Position numbers and translations under genes: made by a program. A DNA stretch of 64,000 nucleotides from a virus. The stretch is taken from IMG/VR virus record IMGVR_UViG_3300037760_000179, positions 1 to 64,000 of that record; one strand, written 5' to 3'. Below, piece after piece: positions 47,001-54,460 of the stretch; position 1 is the stretch's first letter, and every line of letters starts with the position of its first letter. The notes below the pieces were generated by a model. It was not told the DNA's origin. It searched no databases and saw nothing but the letters and a program-made list of their open reading frames with translations.

Positions 47001-49950
47001 GGAAAACCTGGGTGGCGTCTACTCGCCAGTCTCGCCCTCCGGCGCCTCGTCGTCCTCCGCCCGGGGCAGCATCTCCGCCAGCACTTCCCGCTCCGCGGTC
47101 GGCCGGGCCGCCATCATCCGTTCCCACCGCTCCTGGAACGGCCGGTCCGCCGGGATCGTCTCCTCCAGCGCCTCCGCCCGGTCGAGTACCCGGGTCTCGA
47201 TCTGTTCCCCCAGGTTCTGGAAGAACGTCTCCCGGCTGCTCATCTGGGCGTACTCCGCCGGCCGGTACTTCTGCCAGTGCGCCATCGCCATCCGGCCGTA
47301 CTGATTCATCCGAACCCGGCCCCCCTCTGTCGACCTCTGGCAGGACGGATCGTAGCAGCGCCTGGCCGATCTCCTCCCGCGTCGCCGATTTCGACACCTC
47401 GACTCCACGGCGGACGGCGGTGCGGCGCAGCTGGTCCCCGCTGAACCCTTCCAGCGGGTCACCGGCCTGGTTACCGGCCTTCCAGGTCTCGATGCGGGCG
47501 GCCAACCGCTCGCGGAACTGGCCACCCTTGCCGCCTAGGGTGCCTTTAGGCCAGCGTGGATGGTGGTCAGCATTCCATGCCGCCTCGACGTCGCCATCGC
47601 CGTCGAGTTCGCCAGCCACGCGGGCCAGCGCCCACAGCAAGTCCTCGATGTCATCGTCGGCTGCGCCGTCCGCACTGTCAGCCCGGCGGCGGCGGCTGAT
47701 CCGCGCCCGCAACTGGCCTCGGCAGCGGCTGCGCCCCTCGCACTGCCAGTACCGGCCCACCGGGTAGTCAGCCAGCGCCCCGGCCAGCGTCTCGTACACG
47801 GTGCCGTCGATCTCGCGGCACGGACCGCACGTGTTGGTGTCGTTGCGCTCGTCCGCCACCCACACCACCGGCACGCCCAGCGCCTGTAGCCCGCGGAACA
47901 CCGCCGCACGGCCCAGATGCACCGCAGCGTGCACAGCAGCTGCAAGCTCCCCGGCGACAAACCCCCGCGCCGCGCCGCGCTGCTGGGTGGTGGCGGTGGA
48001 AGTCAGATCCTCGGCCGCCCGGGTGACCGCGGCGGCGGCGTCGTCGGGGTCGGCGTCGGGGCCGGCTGCCAACACGGCCCGGGCAGCGGCGGACGTGTAG
48101 CCGCCGACGATCAGGTGGGCGGTGGCGTCGGCCAGCTGGTCCAGCCGTGCCGTGTCCACGTCGGGTAGGCCCGGGTCGGCCCCCTGTGCGGCGACCGCGG
48201 ACCGGGCGGTGCGGGCCGACGTGGCGGCCACGTCACGTAGCTGCGCCCGCAGCCCACCGGCCACCGCCCCGACCAGGCTGGGGCCGACCGTCAGTGTCGC
48301 CAGGGTGGCGACGGTTCCGGCGGAGGCGGCTTCGGCTGCGGCCTGGGCCAGCGGCGGCACGATGGGCGCGGCCAGCAGCGGCCAGGCGGCCAGCAACGCC
48401 AGCAGCGCGGCGGACGAGTCTTCCTCGACCTGCCGCATCTCGTCCTCGGCCTGCTGCTGCTCGTCCTGTTCGGTCTGGGCGGCGACGAACAGGTCCGGCT
48501 GCTCGTACCGCACCGGGCCGGGCGGTGCGGCAGCCTGCACCGGGCCGGATGGCGCCGGCTTGGGCTCAGGCCCGGGCGGGGTCGGCCCGGGTGCGGGACT
48601 GCCTCCGGCCGGCGGGTCCTGGCCGGGCACCTGCACCGGCCGACTGCGGTCCGGCGCCGGCAGCCGGTACTCTTTGCGGACCCACTCCTCCAGCCCCGGA
48701 TCGGCTGACAGGGCACCGGAGGCCAGCAGCAGCTGCAACGACTCGGCGGTCACCTCACGGCGTGAGGCGATCCCCGACGCCCACACCTTCGGCACCGGCT
48801 CGTCTTCGTCGTCCCAGTTCCACGCGACCAGCCGGGCGGCGACCTGCCGGGTCACCACGTCGGCGATCTCCTCAGCGATGGACTCCAGGGCCAGCGTCCA
48901 AGCGTCGATGAACGCGACGCCCAGCGCCCTGTTGCCGGTGGCGGTCTGCCCGAGGTCGAGGTGGCCCATCAGCGCCATGGTGGACATCTGCTGGTCCAGC
49001 CACTTCACGAAGCCCATCGTGTCCGGGGTGCCACCGGACAGGCCCACCAGCTCCAGCCACGCACCGGGTGGCATCGCCGCGCCGGCGGTGTCCCCGGCCC
49101 GGGCGGCAGAGGCCATCTGCTGCGCCTGGGTCATCTGCGCCGGGGTCGGTGACATCGACTCCGGCCAGCGGACCACCGGCACACCCATGCCGAACCGGCG
49201 GGAGGAGGTGGCGAGGACCCGCATCATCTCCCGCTTGAACAGCCACGGCGCGAACGCCGGCCTAAGCAGCGAGGTGCCGAACCAGGACGCGCCCTCACGT
49301 TCGTGGCAGTACCACGCCAGCCGGTCCGCGCCGATCTCCGGCTTGTCGAACGGCCCGGCTGCCATCTCCTGGGAGATGCCGGCGAACGTGCCCCGCCGGG
49401 GCTCCACGTGGATCTGGGTGATGGTGTGCTGCGGCCGGTCCCACAGGCCGACCAGGTGCGCCCGCCCGTCGCCGCCGATCTTGGCCTCAAGCTCGAACCC
49501 GGCATGCCCGAACGGGAGCATCGTCAACGCCGAGCGGAGGTGGTCGTGCCACGACAGGCCGTGGGCCGTTCCCACACCCGGGTTGTCGCGGCCGATCACC
49601 GGCAGGTCCAGGTCGTGGGCCACCAGGTCGACCACCTCGCGGCGGCAGCCGGTGGCGTCGATCTGCCAGGTGGCACGCAGCAGCATGTGGCAGTAGCCGG
49701 CCAGCACCGCCGCCAGCTTCGCATCCCGCCGCATCGCGTTGTAGGTGGTCACGGACTGGGGCCACGCCACGTCCGGTACGGTCTCCAGGGCGTCGACCAG
49801 CAGCCCCTCGTACGCCGAGTCCTCGACGTACCCGCGCAGCGACGTGGGCGGCTTGAACACCTTGGCGCCGTTGGCGTGGGCGGCCATGATGTCCGCCGGG
49901 TGCGCCATCACCGTGGCGCCGTTGACCGGTCCGTCTGGCAGCGGGTCCAC
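41062..49950 (-). CDS. Portal (DUF935/Mu gp29-like)-MuF-N6 adenine methyltransferase-SNF2 helicase (DarB-like) polyprotein
   Basis: Portal (YNAMRRDAKL, GTSLLRPAF.PW..K, RFGMGVP); MuF (DTNTCGPC..IDG, CEG..RCRG); MTase (LEPGSGSG, GVELDP, GNVPF); helicase (HEVGSGKT, DEAH, ATATP, QRDGRIVRQGN). Confidence 0.85.
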   Translation of the reverse strand: MDPLPDGPVNGATVMAHPADIMAAHANGAKVFKPPTSLRGYVEDSAYEGLLVDALETVPDVAWPQSVTTYNAMRRDAKLAAVLAGYCHMLLRATWQIDATGCRREVVDLVAHDLDLPVIGRDNPGVGTAHGLSWHDHLRSALTMLPFGHAGFELEAKIGGDGRAHLVGLWDRPQHTITQIHVEPRRGTFAGISQEMAAGPFDKPEIGADRLAWYCHEREGASWFGTSLLRPAFAPWLFKREMMRVLATSSRRFGMGVPVVRWPESMSPTPAQMTQAQQMASAARAGDTAGAAMPPGAWLELVGLSGGTPDTMGFVKWLDQQMSTMALMGHLDLGQTATGNRALGVAFIDAWTLALESIAEEIADVVTRQVAARLVAWNWDDEDEPVPKVWASGIASRREVTAESLQLLLASGALSADPGLEEWVRKEYRLPAPDRSRPVQVPGQDPPAGGSPAPGPTPPGPEPKPAPSGPVQAAAPPGPVRYEQPDLFVAAQTEQDEQQQAEDEMRQVEEDSSAALLALLAAWPLLAAPIVPPLAQAAAEAASAGTVATLATLTVGPSLVGAVAGGLRAQLRDVAATSARTARSAVAAQGADPGLPDVDTARLDQLADATAHLIVGGYTSAAARAVLAAGPDADPDDAAAAVTRAAEDLTSTATTQQRGAARGFVAGELAAAVHAAVHLGRAAVFRGLQALGVPVVWVADERNDTNTCGPCREIDGTVYETLAGALADYPVGRYWQCEGRSRCRGQLRARISRRRRADSADGAADDDIEDLLWALARVAGELDGDGDVEAAWNADHHPRWPKGTLGGKGGQFRERLAARIETWKAGNQAGDPLEGFSGDQLRRTAVRRGVEVSKSATREEIGQALLRSVLPEVDRGGPGSDESVRPDGDGALAEVPAGGVRPDEQPGDVLPEPGGTDRDPGTRPGGGAGGDDPGGPAVPGAVGTDDGGPADRGAGSAGGDAAPGGGRRGAGGRDWRVDATQVFRPRSQADLAPNTATKRLDANLVALRTLRDLQESGRPASAEDQAKLARWSGWGSLPNVFKEPPPRGRFADAQAELKDLLTPEEFAAARRTTRTGHYTDADYVAAIWDAVRGLGFHGGEVLEPGSGSGTFMGMVPEDVAPDTHVTGVELDPITASIAAALYPNADVRAESFTDTKTRDGAFDAAIGNVPFSDTKLVDPEYNPGRRHNMHNHFILKSLRMTRPGGIGAFITSRYTMDSMSPAAREEMAELADLVGAVRLPSRAHEKAAGTAVVTDLLVFRRREPDTPYAGLPFQAARKITIGDDDREVSVNGHFLDNPDMVLGTMVMGSGPKDAFGVRGDADAGPALREALDKVVSRAQAMGLTQTPGQRPRPAFAETGPDRVPEGFLRALPDGTFSRVTRGVEQPHEVPATQREELRELLRLRDTSIDLVNAEASSGDDTEQMKRLREDLNEIYDGYVAKWGPVSRFTEKRRAPKGGEDEDDVEEQRVTRTRPPQGGFRSDPFSAAVRALENYDPLTGNATKTDIFHRRTIAPRTPRTSAESAADALAITVDQLGEVDLAHIADLLDVDEPTARDRLGTLVFDEPGSGRLAPAAEYLSGNVRQKLDVARLAAAEDPDAFAPNVEALERVLPPDLTPVDINAKMGAGWIEPAYVQQFLREILRDPTLTVERPHANAWKVRSDRKRSTAATTEWGIREMSGVDIAEDILGQKPIRVTEDGKLNRDKTEQAQAKAQEMADRFAEWLWEDPTRQRDLQDTYNRRFNSLVLRSYDGSDLELPGLNRDGFYAFPHRSAAVRRIIAEPSVGLWHEVGSGKTTTMVIGAMEMRRLGLVRKPAIVVPNHMLEQMTSEFLERYPQARVLAIGSDDLKGDKGGEKRREIVAKAATGDWDAVILTQGAFKRIPVSSETERDYLAGEVEPLRRSAARRRAQVVERVRADNEGASDEALRKLVGEALDNDPTVKELEGQVEKAEQRIKDQVGSTDRDPGLTFESTGIDYLFMDEAHTYKNLRTPSGIQGLGIPGSQIATDLHMKLHHLRSRNDRVATLATATPIANSVSEAYTMMRYLRPDLLEDMGVETFDEWAANFGEMTTRLEVAPTGGLRQHSRFAKFVNLPEFLRPWLVASDVKTADDLKDIVKTPDLVERVDADGNRTRAPETVVVPPSQELLDFMEQLVARAKTIPYPPEKGGDNMLKITGEGRAAALDLQMVGRDTAEPTKLDVAAGKIAAIYEKNKDAVYTDRAGNPVGVPGALQLVFSDIGTPGGKRKKTSGSDQDEAGSGLADFVAYEALRDKLVERGVPRNRVRFIHEANTDQEKAELFAAARDGRVAVLVGSTAKMGVGTNVQDRAVALHHVDAPWRPVDVQQRDGRIVRQGNKNPEVEVIRYVTEQSFDAYIWQAITTKSTFINQVMRGRLDVREVDDVGEFALTAQEVTALGTGNRWLIEHADASADLTRLQRARRNHEADQRNIAKRITDGEADVARSEQAIAQINEALPKRVDGKRFKISLGGTDYRDRTEAQQQLRKQIRTARDAPTVIGEFRGFPLRAGRTETGFSVELVGVPGSVSVRRGDLNSTDVIGDLQNALGRMERTLTRHVARTREARQDIEALRARVGRPFRDQDALEQAQERFMRVDRNLKQELARRGETPEPTDPAEKAAARKAAELADIKTRLDSGEGFQGLGELTAWLEADEALADRIPDDAGAKWGLLSPSGQLLVMKGRSGYDIVVPRVMRNAPVLSGFRTQKEARAFAEAVEGAGIPWNTGIDLAEWRRADGAGVGEVVGMLRAQTPGLDRSGTWNMLAVKAKVDRSVPERLREPLLQGQYRGDGLGAMSLVGLDPQHRDEIIEMLRAGSDPDRDLATAARLREYGLTEARDNGYEARRFALSAARRLENDYRQRVPQPLDGVRSRFQRDFDRIRYSVDLPRIEQILAEGDATGDFAAASAKLRAIVDEVRDKQRNPYGSREAADVASSLADVLDAFASRGT
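47019..47309 (-). CDS. TnpV-like small protein nested in an alternative frame of the portal polyprotein
   Basis: MNQYGRMAMAHWQKYRPAEYAQM...FFQNLGEQI...AEREVLAEML; purine-rich RBS; host frame here is low-complexity G/P/D. Confidence 0.7.
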   Translation of the reverse strand: MNQYGRMAMAHWQKYRPAEYAQMSSRETFFQNLGEQIETRVLDRAEALEETIPADRPFQERWERMMAARPTAEREVLAEMLPRAEDDEAPEGETGE

Positions 49951-50109
49951 AACCCACCCCCCTCGGTGCCGGGTCGGTCCGGGAGTTCAGCCGGTCGGGT
50001 GTCGGATACCGGACGCGGGGGTTGCCCGGGCGCTACCCATGCGAGGACCATGGCCGGGAAGTGGGCGCACCCCCGGCGCCCCTCCAGACCCGCGCAGGAG
50101 ACGCCGATC

Positions 50110-50358
50110 ATGGGCATGTGGCAGAACCATCGAGCCCGGCAGGCCGGGAAGTACCAGAAGGTGGTAGCACAGCAGCAGGCGCAGCTCTTGCGGCAGCAGG
50201 TCGCCATGTCCCAGCCGGCCCACACGCAGGCCACCTGGCAGGCCGGCTACGAGCAGGCGCGGGCCGACGGCTGGCTTGACGGCTGGCGCGCCGGGCAGGC
50301 TGACCTGATTAACGCGCTGAAGACCGGCCGGGTCCGATGGGAGGACATCTCCCGGTGA
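50110..50358 (+). CDS. Antisense-oriented small protein between terminase and portal
   Basis: RBS AGGAG; Q-rich, GYEQARADGWLDGWRAG. Confidence 0.55.
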   Translation: MGMWQNHRARQAGKYQKVVAQQQAQLLRQQVAMSQPAHTQATWQAGYEQARADGWLDGWRAGQADLINALKTGRVRWEDISR

Positions 50359-50380
50359 TCGCGCTGGGCTGCCTGGACGG

Positions 50381-52930
50381 CTAGAACGACACCGTCTCCA
50401 GGTCCACCTGGCCGTTGCCGCCGAACGGGTCCGGGTCGGGGTCCGGCGCACCTCCTACGGTGGCGTGCCCGGCCCGGTTCAGCAGCGGCGCCCACTTGGT
50501 GATCGACACCCGCGTCGCCAGCGACCCGACGTCCACGGTGTCGTCGTGCGCCGCCGCCGGGAACGCCGCGTGCTCATCGATCCACGTCGGCAGCCAGTGA
50601 GCACCGGCCGGCAGCCACACCCGCCCACCCGAGCACCACGCCGAGTACGGCAACGCCCGGGACAGCTTGTCCTGCTCGGCCTGAACCGGCGAGACCGGCA
50701 CGCCACTCTGGGTGGCCTCCTTCACCAACGTGAACCCGTACTGGGACGCCTCCGCAAACAGGGTGTCCAGTTGCCACCGCTCCACCAGCGGCCGGGCCTG
50801 CGCGAAGTGCTGCTCCTCGCCGATCTGCGCCCGGGTCACGTCCAGCAACACCAGGTCCCCGGCCAGCGTCCGCGCCCATGCGGCGATCACCGTGTAGTCG
50901 GCCGAAGTGCGGGTGGACGCGGCAAGGTCGACCGTGCCGAACCGCCACGAGTCCCGCAGGTCCGCAACCCGGCCACCGAGGTAGATCCGGTGCTCTCCGG
51001 CGGGGGTCCAGTACCGCCACCAGAGGCGCTTGAACAGGTTCCCCTCGGCGGGTGCCGGCCGCTGCTGGAACAGAGCCGCCCACACGTACTCGCCGACGTC
51101 TTTGCGGCGTTCTTCCCAGTCCTTCGCGGTCCGGCCGCGGGCGGAGGTCATGTACTCGCCCTCGGCGCGACCGAGCAGGTCCGTTTTCGGGTTCTCGCAC
51201 TGGGCGGGGATCGAGACGACCCGCCACTTTCCGCCGGCGGCCTTGTCGCCCTCGGTCTCCAGCAGCTTGCCAGCGAGGTCGGATTCGTGCCAGCGTGTCG
51301 TCATCAGCAGCACTTTGCTGTTCGGGCCGAGCCGGGGAATGGCCACGGCCTGCCAGAACCGCCACGCGCGCTCGCGGTATTTGACCGAATTCGCCTGTTC
51401 GAGGTCTTTGTGAGGATCGTCTATAATGAGCAGATCCACAGCCTTGCCAGATAGACTGCCAGCGATCCCTACGCATGAGACACTCCCATGTGTACCTCTG
51501 ACCCGCCAGTAACCTGCGGCTGGGCGCTCATAGAGCCGCAGCCCAAGGTCGATCTGATCCTCGGCCCCACTGAACGTCTCCACGTCCAGCCGCAGCTGCC
51601 AGCCCCACCGTCGCGCTATGTCATCGGAGTACGACACTATGGCAACGCGAGTCCCGGCGTCCTGCGTGAGGGTCCATAGGGGAAAGAAGCGGGAGCACCG
51701 CTCGCTATTGTGGGTCGGCAGCATCCCTTCGCCGACCAGGTACAGCCCGTCATCGGTGTCGACCGTGATGCAGCGGCCGACGTTCGGGGCCTCTGCCGCG
51801 ATGGCGGTTATCGAGGTGCGCTTCCGGGCGCCTCCCAGCCGTACCGCAGCCTTGCGCTCCAGTCGTGCCGGCCCTTGGTCGTGCGGAGTGAAGGTGACCC
51901 GCCACATCGCGAGCTTCCCCTGAATCCCCGACGACGAGAGCTTCGGAGGCGTCGGACGGTGCACATGGGCTCGGTAGCCGAGCGTACGGATCAACTCGGC
52001 GGTACTGCGGACCAGGCCCTCGTTGGCGTTGTCGAAACTGACCTGCCCACTCGCGGACACATGCCCGTCCGTGTCGATCAGACCGGCCAGCAGCGCCCTA
52101 CGCTGCCGAGTGGAGGCCCGCAGGTACGCCGCCGGGATGTGCTTGTTGCCGAAAACGCCGGCCTCACGCAGGTCACGCTGCATTTGGCCGCTGTAGTACG
52201 TGGTGATGATCCCGGTGGTTGGATGGACGCAGCGCGCGGTCGCGGTGTAGGCCATCTCGTAGCAGTCGTCCGGGTGGTGCGTGATGGCGGGCTTGGTCGT
52301 GCTGCCATCGCCGAGCCACACGCCAAGCGTGTACGGCTCGACGGGAAGGTCGACATCCGGGCAGTCAAGGGCCTCACGCAGCGGCAGGAAGAAGCGGTAC
52401 CAGTGGCCGCGCTTTCCCGGCGGCCCCGACGATAGAGGGACGGCGGCGAGCTGCCTGGTCTCCATCGTGAGCCAGCGTCCACGCTTACGATCCCAGACCG
52501 TCCACTCATGCGCAGGGTGGACCAGGATTGATGTGTGGTCGCTGAAGTGGACGCGCAGCGAGGCCATCGCGGGCTCGTGGACCTCCGCCACCTTGACCTG
52601 CCGCCCACTGGGGTGGAACACGACCGACCCAGGACGCAAGTCACCGTGCCGGACCCACCCATCAGGCGTTGGTACGCGGGTGTCGTCCGCTACCAGCTTG
52701 CCTTCCTGAGGTGGAGCGAAGATCATCAATCTCTTGTCGCGCCCGTCGGCGAGATCCAGCAACGCCTGGTCGACGAGCCGCAGCGCCGGGGTCTGGATCA
52801 TCCGGTTGTCAAGCTCAACCGCCATGTCCCCGGGCGCGGCCCAGCGGCGCGGCTTGGACTCGAACGAGCGGGCGGCATACTCCCAAGGTGACAGCTCGGG
52901 GCGCCTGTCCATCATCACCATGCGAACCAC
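50381..52930 (-). CDS. terL: Terminase large subunit (intein-containing)
   Basis: PPQEGK|S Walker A split by intein; LIIDDPHK, TRWHESDL, FQQRP, VDLA, HDDTVD. Confidence 0.95.
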   Translation of the reverse strand: MVRMVMMDRRPELSPWEYAARSFESKPRRWAAPGDMAVELDNRMIQTPALRLVDQALLDLADGRDKRLMIFAPPQEGKLVADDTRVPTPDGWVRHGDLRPGSVVFHPSGRQVKVAEVHEPAMASLRVHFSDHTSILVHPAHEWTVWDRKRGRWLTMETRQLAAVPLSSGPPGKRGHWYRFFLPLREALDCPDVDLPVEPYTLGVWLGDGSTTKPAITHHPDDCYEMAYTATARCVHPTTGIITTYYSGQMQRDLREAGVFGNKHIPAAYLRASTRQRRALLAGLIDTDGHVSASGQVSFDNANEGLVRSTAELIRTLGYRAHVHRPTPPKLSSSGIQGKLAMWRVTFTPHDQGPARLERKAAVRLGGARKRTSITAIAAEAPNVGRCITVDTDDGLYLVGEGMLPTHNSERCSRFFPLWTLTQDAGTRVAIVSYSDDIARRWGWQLRLDVETFSGAEDQIDLGLRLYERPAAGYWRVRGTHGSVSCVGIAGSLSGKAVDLLIIDDPHKDLEQANSVKYRERAWRFWQAVAIPRLGPNSKVLLMTTRWHESDLAGKLLETEGDKAAGGKWRVVSIPAQCENPKTDLLGRAEGEYMTSARGRTAKDWEERRKDVGEYVWAALFQQRPAPAEGNLFKRLWWRYWTPAGEHRIYLGGRVADLRDSWRFGTVDLAASTRTSADYTVIAAWARTLAGDLVLLDVTRAQIGEEQHFAQARPLVERWQLDTLFAEASQYGFTLVKEATQSGVPVSPVQAEQDKLSRALPYSAWCSGGRVWLPAGAHWLPTWIDEHAAFPAAAHDDTVDVGSLATRVSITKWAPLLNRAGHATVGGAPDPDPDPFGGNGQVDLETVSF
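51707..52696 (-). mobile_element. 330-aa intein with LAGLIDADG homing endonuclease, class-3 signature
   Basis: LVADDTRVPTPDGW ... HPAHEW ... LGVWLGDG ... LLAGLIDTDG ... RCITVD ... PTHN|S. Confidence 0.9.
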
Positions 52931-53064
52931 CGCCGGACGGCAGCACGGGCACGGGTAACCTCAGCCATGTCGACTCCAACCAGTCGGCGACAGCCCGGTG
53001 GGTGTTAGCCGCACCTGCCGGGCCTTACGTTGATGTCATTATCGCACGTCGGTGCGACAGCGGG

Positions 53065-53724
53065 TCAGGCGGCGAGCCCCCCCGCGATCGCCCGCAGATG
53101 CCGCACCACCACGTCCGGGGCGCGCTGCTGCTGCTCCGGCGTCAACGCCAGATCGGCCAGAATCCGGCGGATCACATCCGACAACAACGCGCCCTGCTCC
53201 TCAGCAAGGCGGACCTTCCGCTCCTCGATGCCGGCCGCGATCGCCGCCTTGACCACGGCGAGCAGGTGTTTCCGCTCCTCCTGCCACAGCCGTATCCAGG
53301 CGTGCGCGGTCGCCGAGTAGGTGGTGTCGGTACCCGGGAACTCGCCAGAGTCGCGGGCCACTTCCTCGGTGCGTCCCCAGATCACCTCGTCGGGGGTCAG
53401 CGCCTGGACCTGCTTGTGCAGCCAGTCCACGGCCCCGGCGGTGCGGTACACCTCCTCCAGGAGGGCGTCGCGGGGGTCGATCTCACGGGGGAGGCCGAAG
53501 GTCTTCACCGCCGCGGCGGCCTGCGCCTTGGCGGCATGCTTGTTGTGATTCTCGGTGTTGCCCCCGTGGAGCTTGCAACAGCCGACGCCGCGATGCGCGG
53601 TACCCCAGCCGGCCGGGCGTTCACAGGGCTCGCCGGTGCCGCCACGCTTCTTGTCCCGCTTCGGCGCGCCACAGAACGGACTGTCATGACCTTGACTGGA
53701 AGGTGTGTCTGTCAAGACCTTCAC
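53065..53724 (-). CDS. Terminase small subunit (HGG-motif type)
   Basis: CGA...C..PAGWGT.H.G.G.CKLHGG; directly upstream of terL. Confidence 0.75.
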   Translation of the reverse strand: MKVLTDTPSSQGHDSPFCGAPKRDKKRGGTGEPCERPAGWGTAHRGVGCCKLHGGNTENHNKHAAKAQAAAAVKTFGLPREIDPRDALLEEVYRTAGAVDWLHKQVQALTPDEVIWGRTEEVARDSGEFPGTDTTYSATAHAWIRLWQEERKHLLAVVKAAIAAGIEERKVRLAEEQGALLSDVIRRILADLALTPEQQQRAPDVVVRHLRAIAGGLAA

Positions 53725-53733
53725 CTCCAGCGA

Positions 53734-54141
53734 TCATGGACCGGCAGCCGCCACCTCGGACAACGTTTCGTAGATCTCATGCCAACCCGCTGGTGGCGCC
53801 TCCCCGGCGTGCCGCCACTCCGACTCGGCGATATCCATCACGGACAGCAGCAGCAGGGCACCCTCGGGGCCAACCACTAGCGTCGGCCCGGTGACTACCC
53901 GAATGTCGAGCTCGCCCCCTGCTGGGACGGCGTCCGCCGGGATCGCCCCGGCTGGTTGCTGCTCATCCATCTCCCGTAGTGCACGGGCCCGATGGGTTGG
54001 AGTGCAGCCCCCGTGGAACTTGCAGCGGCCGATGCCTGGGTGGTCGGTCCCGTAGCCAGCGGCCATGCCGCAGTCCTGCTGCGACCCGTCGCGCTTCCTG
54101 GCTCCGCACTTCTTGGTTGCCGGCTTGGTCGCGGTGGTCAC
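53734..54141 (-). CDS. Second HGG-motif Zn-binding protein
   Basis: CGARKR...CGMAAGYGTDHPGIGRCKFHGG. Confidence 0.65.
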   Translation of the reverse strand: MTTATKPATKKCGARKRDGSQQDCGMAAGYGTDHPGIGRCKFHGGCTPTHRARALREMDEQQPAGAIPADAVPAGGELDIRVVTGPTLVVGPEGALLLLSVMDIAESEWRHAGEAPPAGWHEIYETLSEVAAAGP

Positions 54142-54389
54142 GCCGCCAGCTCCTCGTCCAGCCCCACTGCACGCAGCCAACGGGCGGTATTGATCCGAAC
54201 CGACGTGCCGATCCGGATGCTCGGCCACTCGCCGCTCTTTGCGGCCGCATAACCGTGGCGCTTCGACACACCTACGACTGCGGCGGCGCGCTCAACAGTG
54301 ATCATCGGCTCGGTCGCCGGATCAGGGATGCTGCGCTCGACCGGCAGGTCGTTTTTCGTGACAGAGTTGTCGTGAGTCACGGAGTTCAT
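54138..54389 (-). CDS. Excisionase-like HTH protein
   Basis: ITVERAAAVVGVSKRHGYAAAKSGEWPSIRIG. Confidence 0.75.
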   Translation of the reverse strand: MNSVTHDNSVTKNDLPVERSIPDPATEPMITVERAAAVVGVSKRHGYAAAKSGEWPSIRIGTSVRINTARWLRAVGLDEELAA

Positions 54390-54460
54390 TCTACGCGCAG
54401 GTGTTGGCCCGACCCACCCAGCGCGCCGAACGCTTGCGGTGCCAGGTGGAGCCGTCGGCC

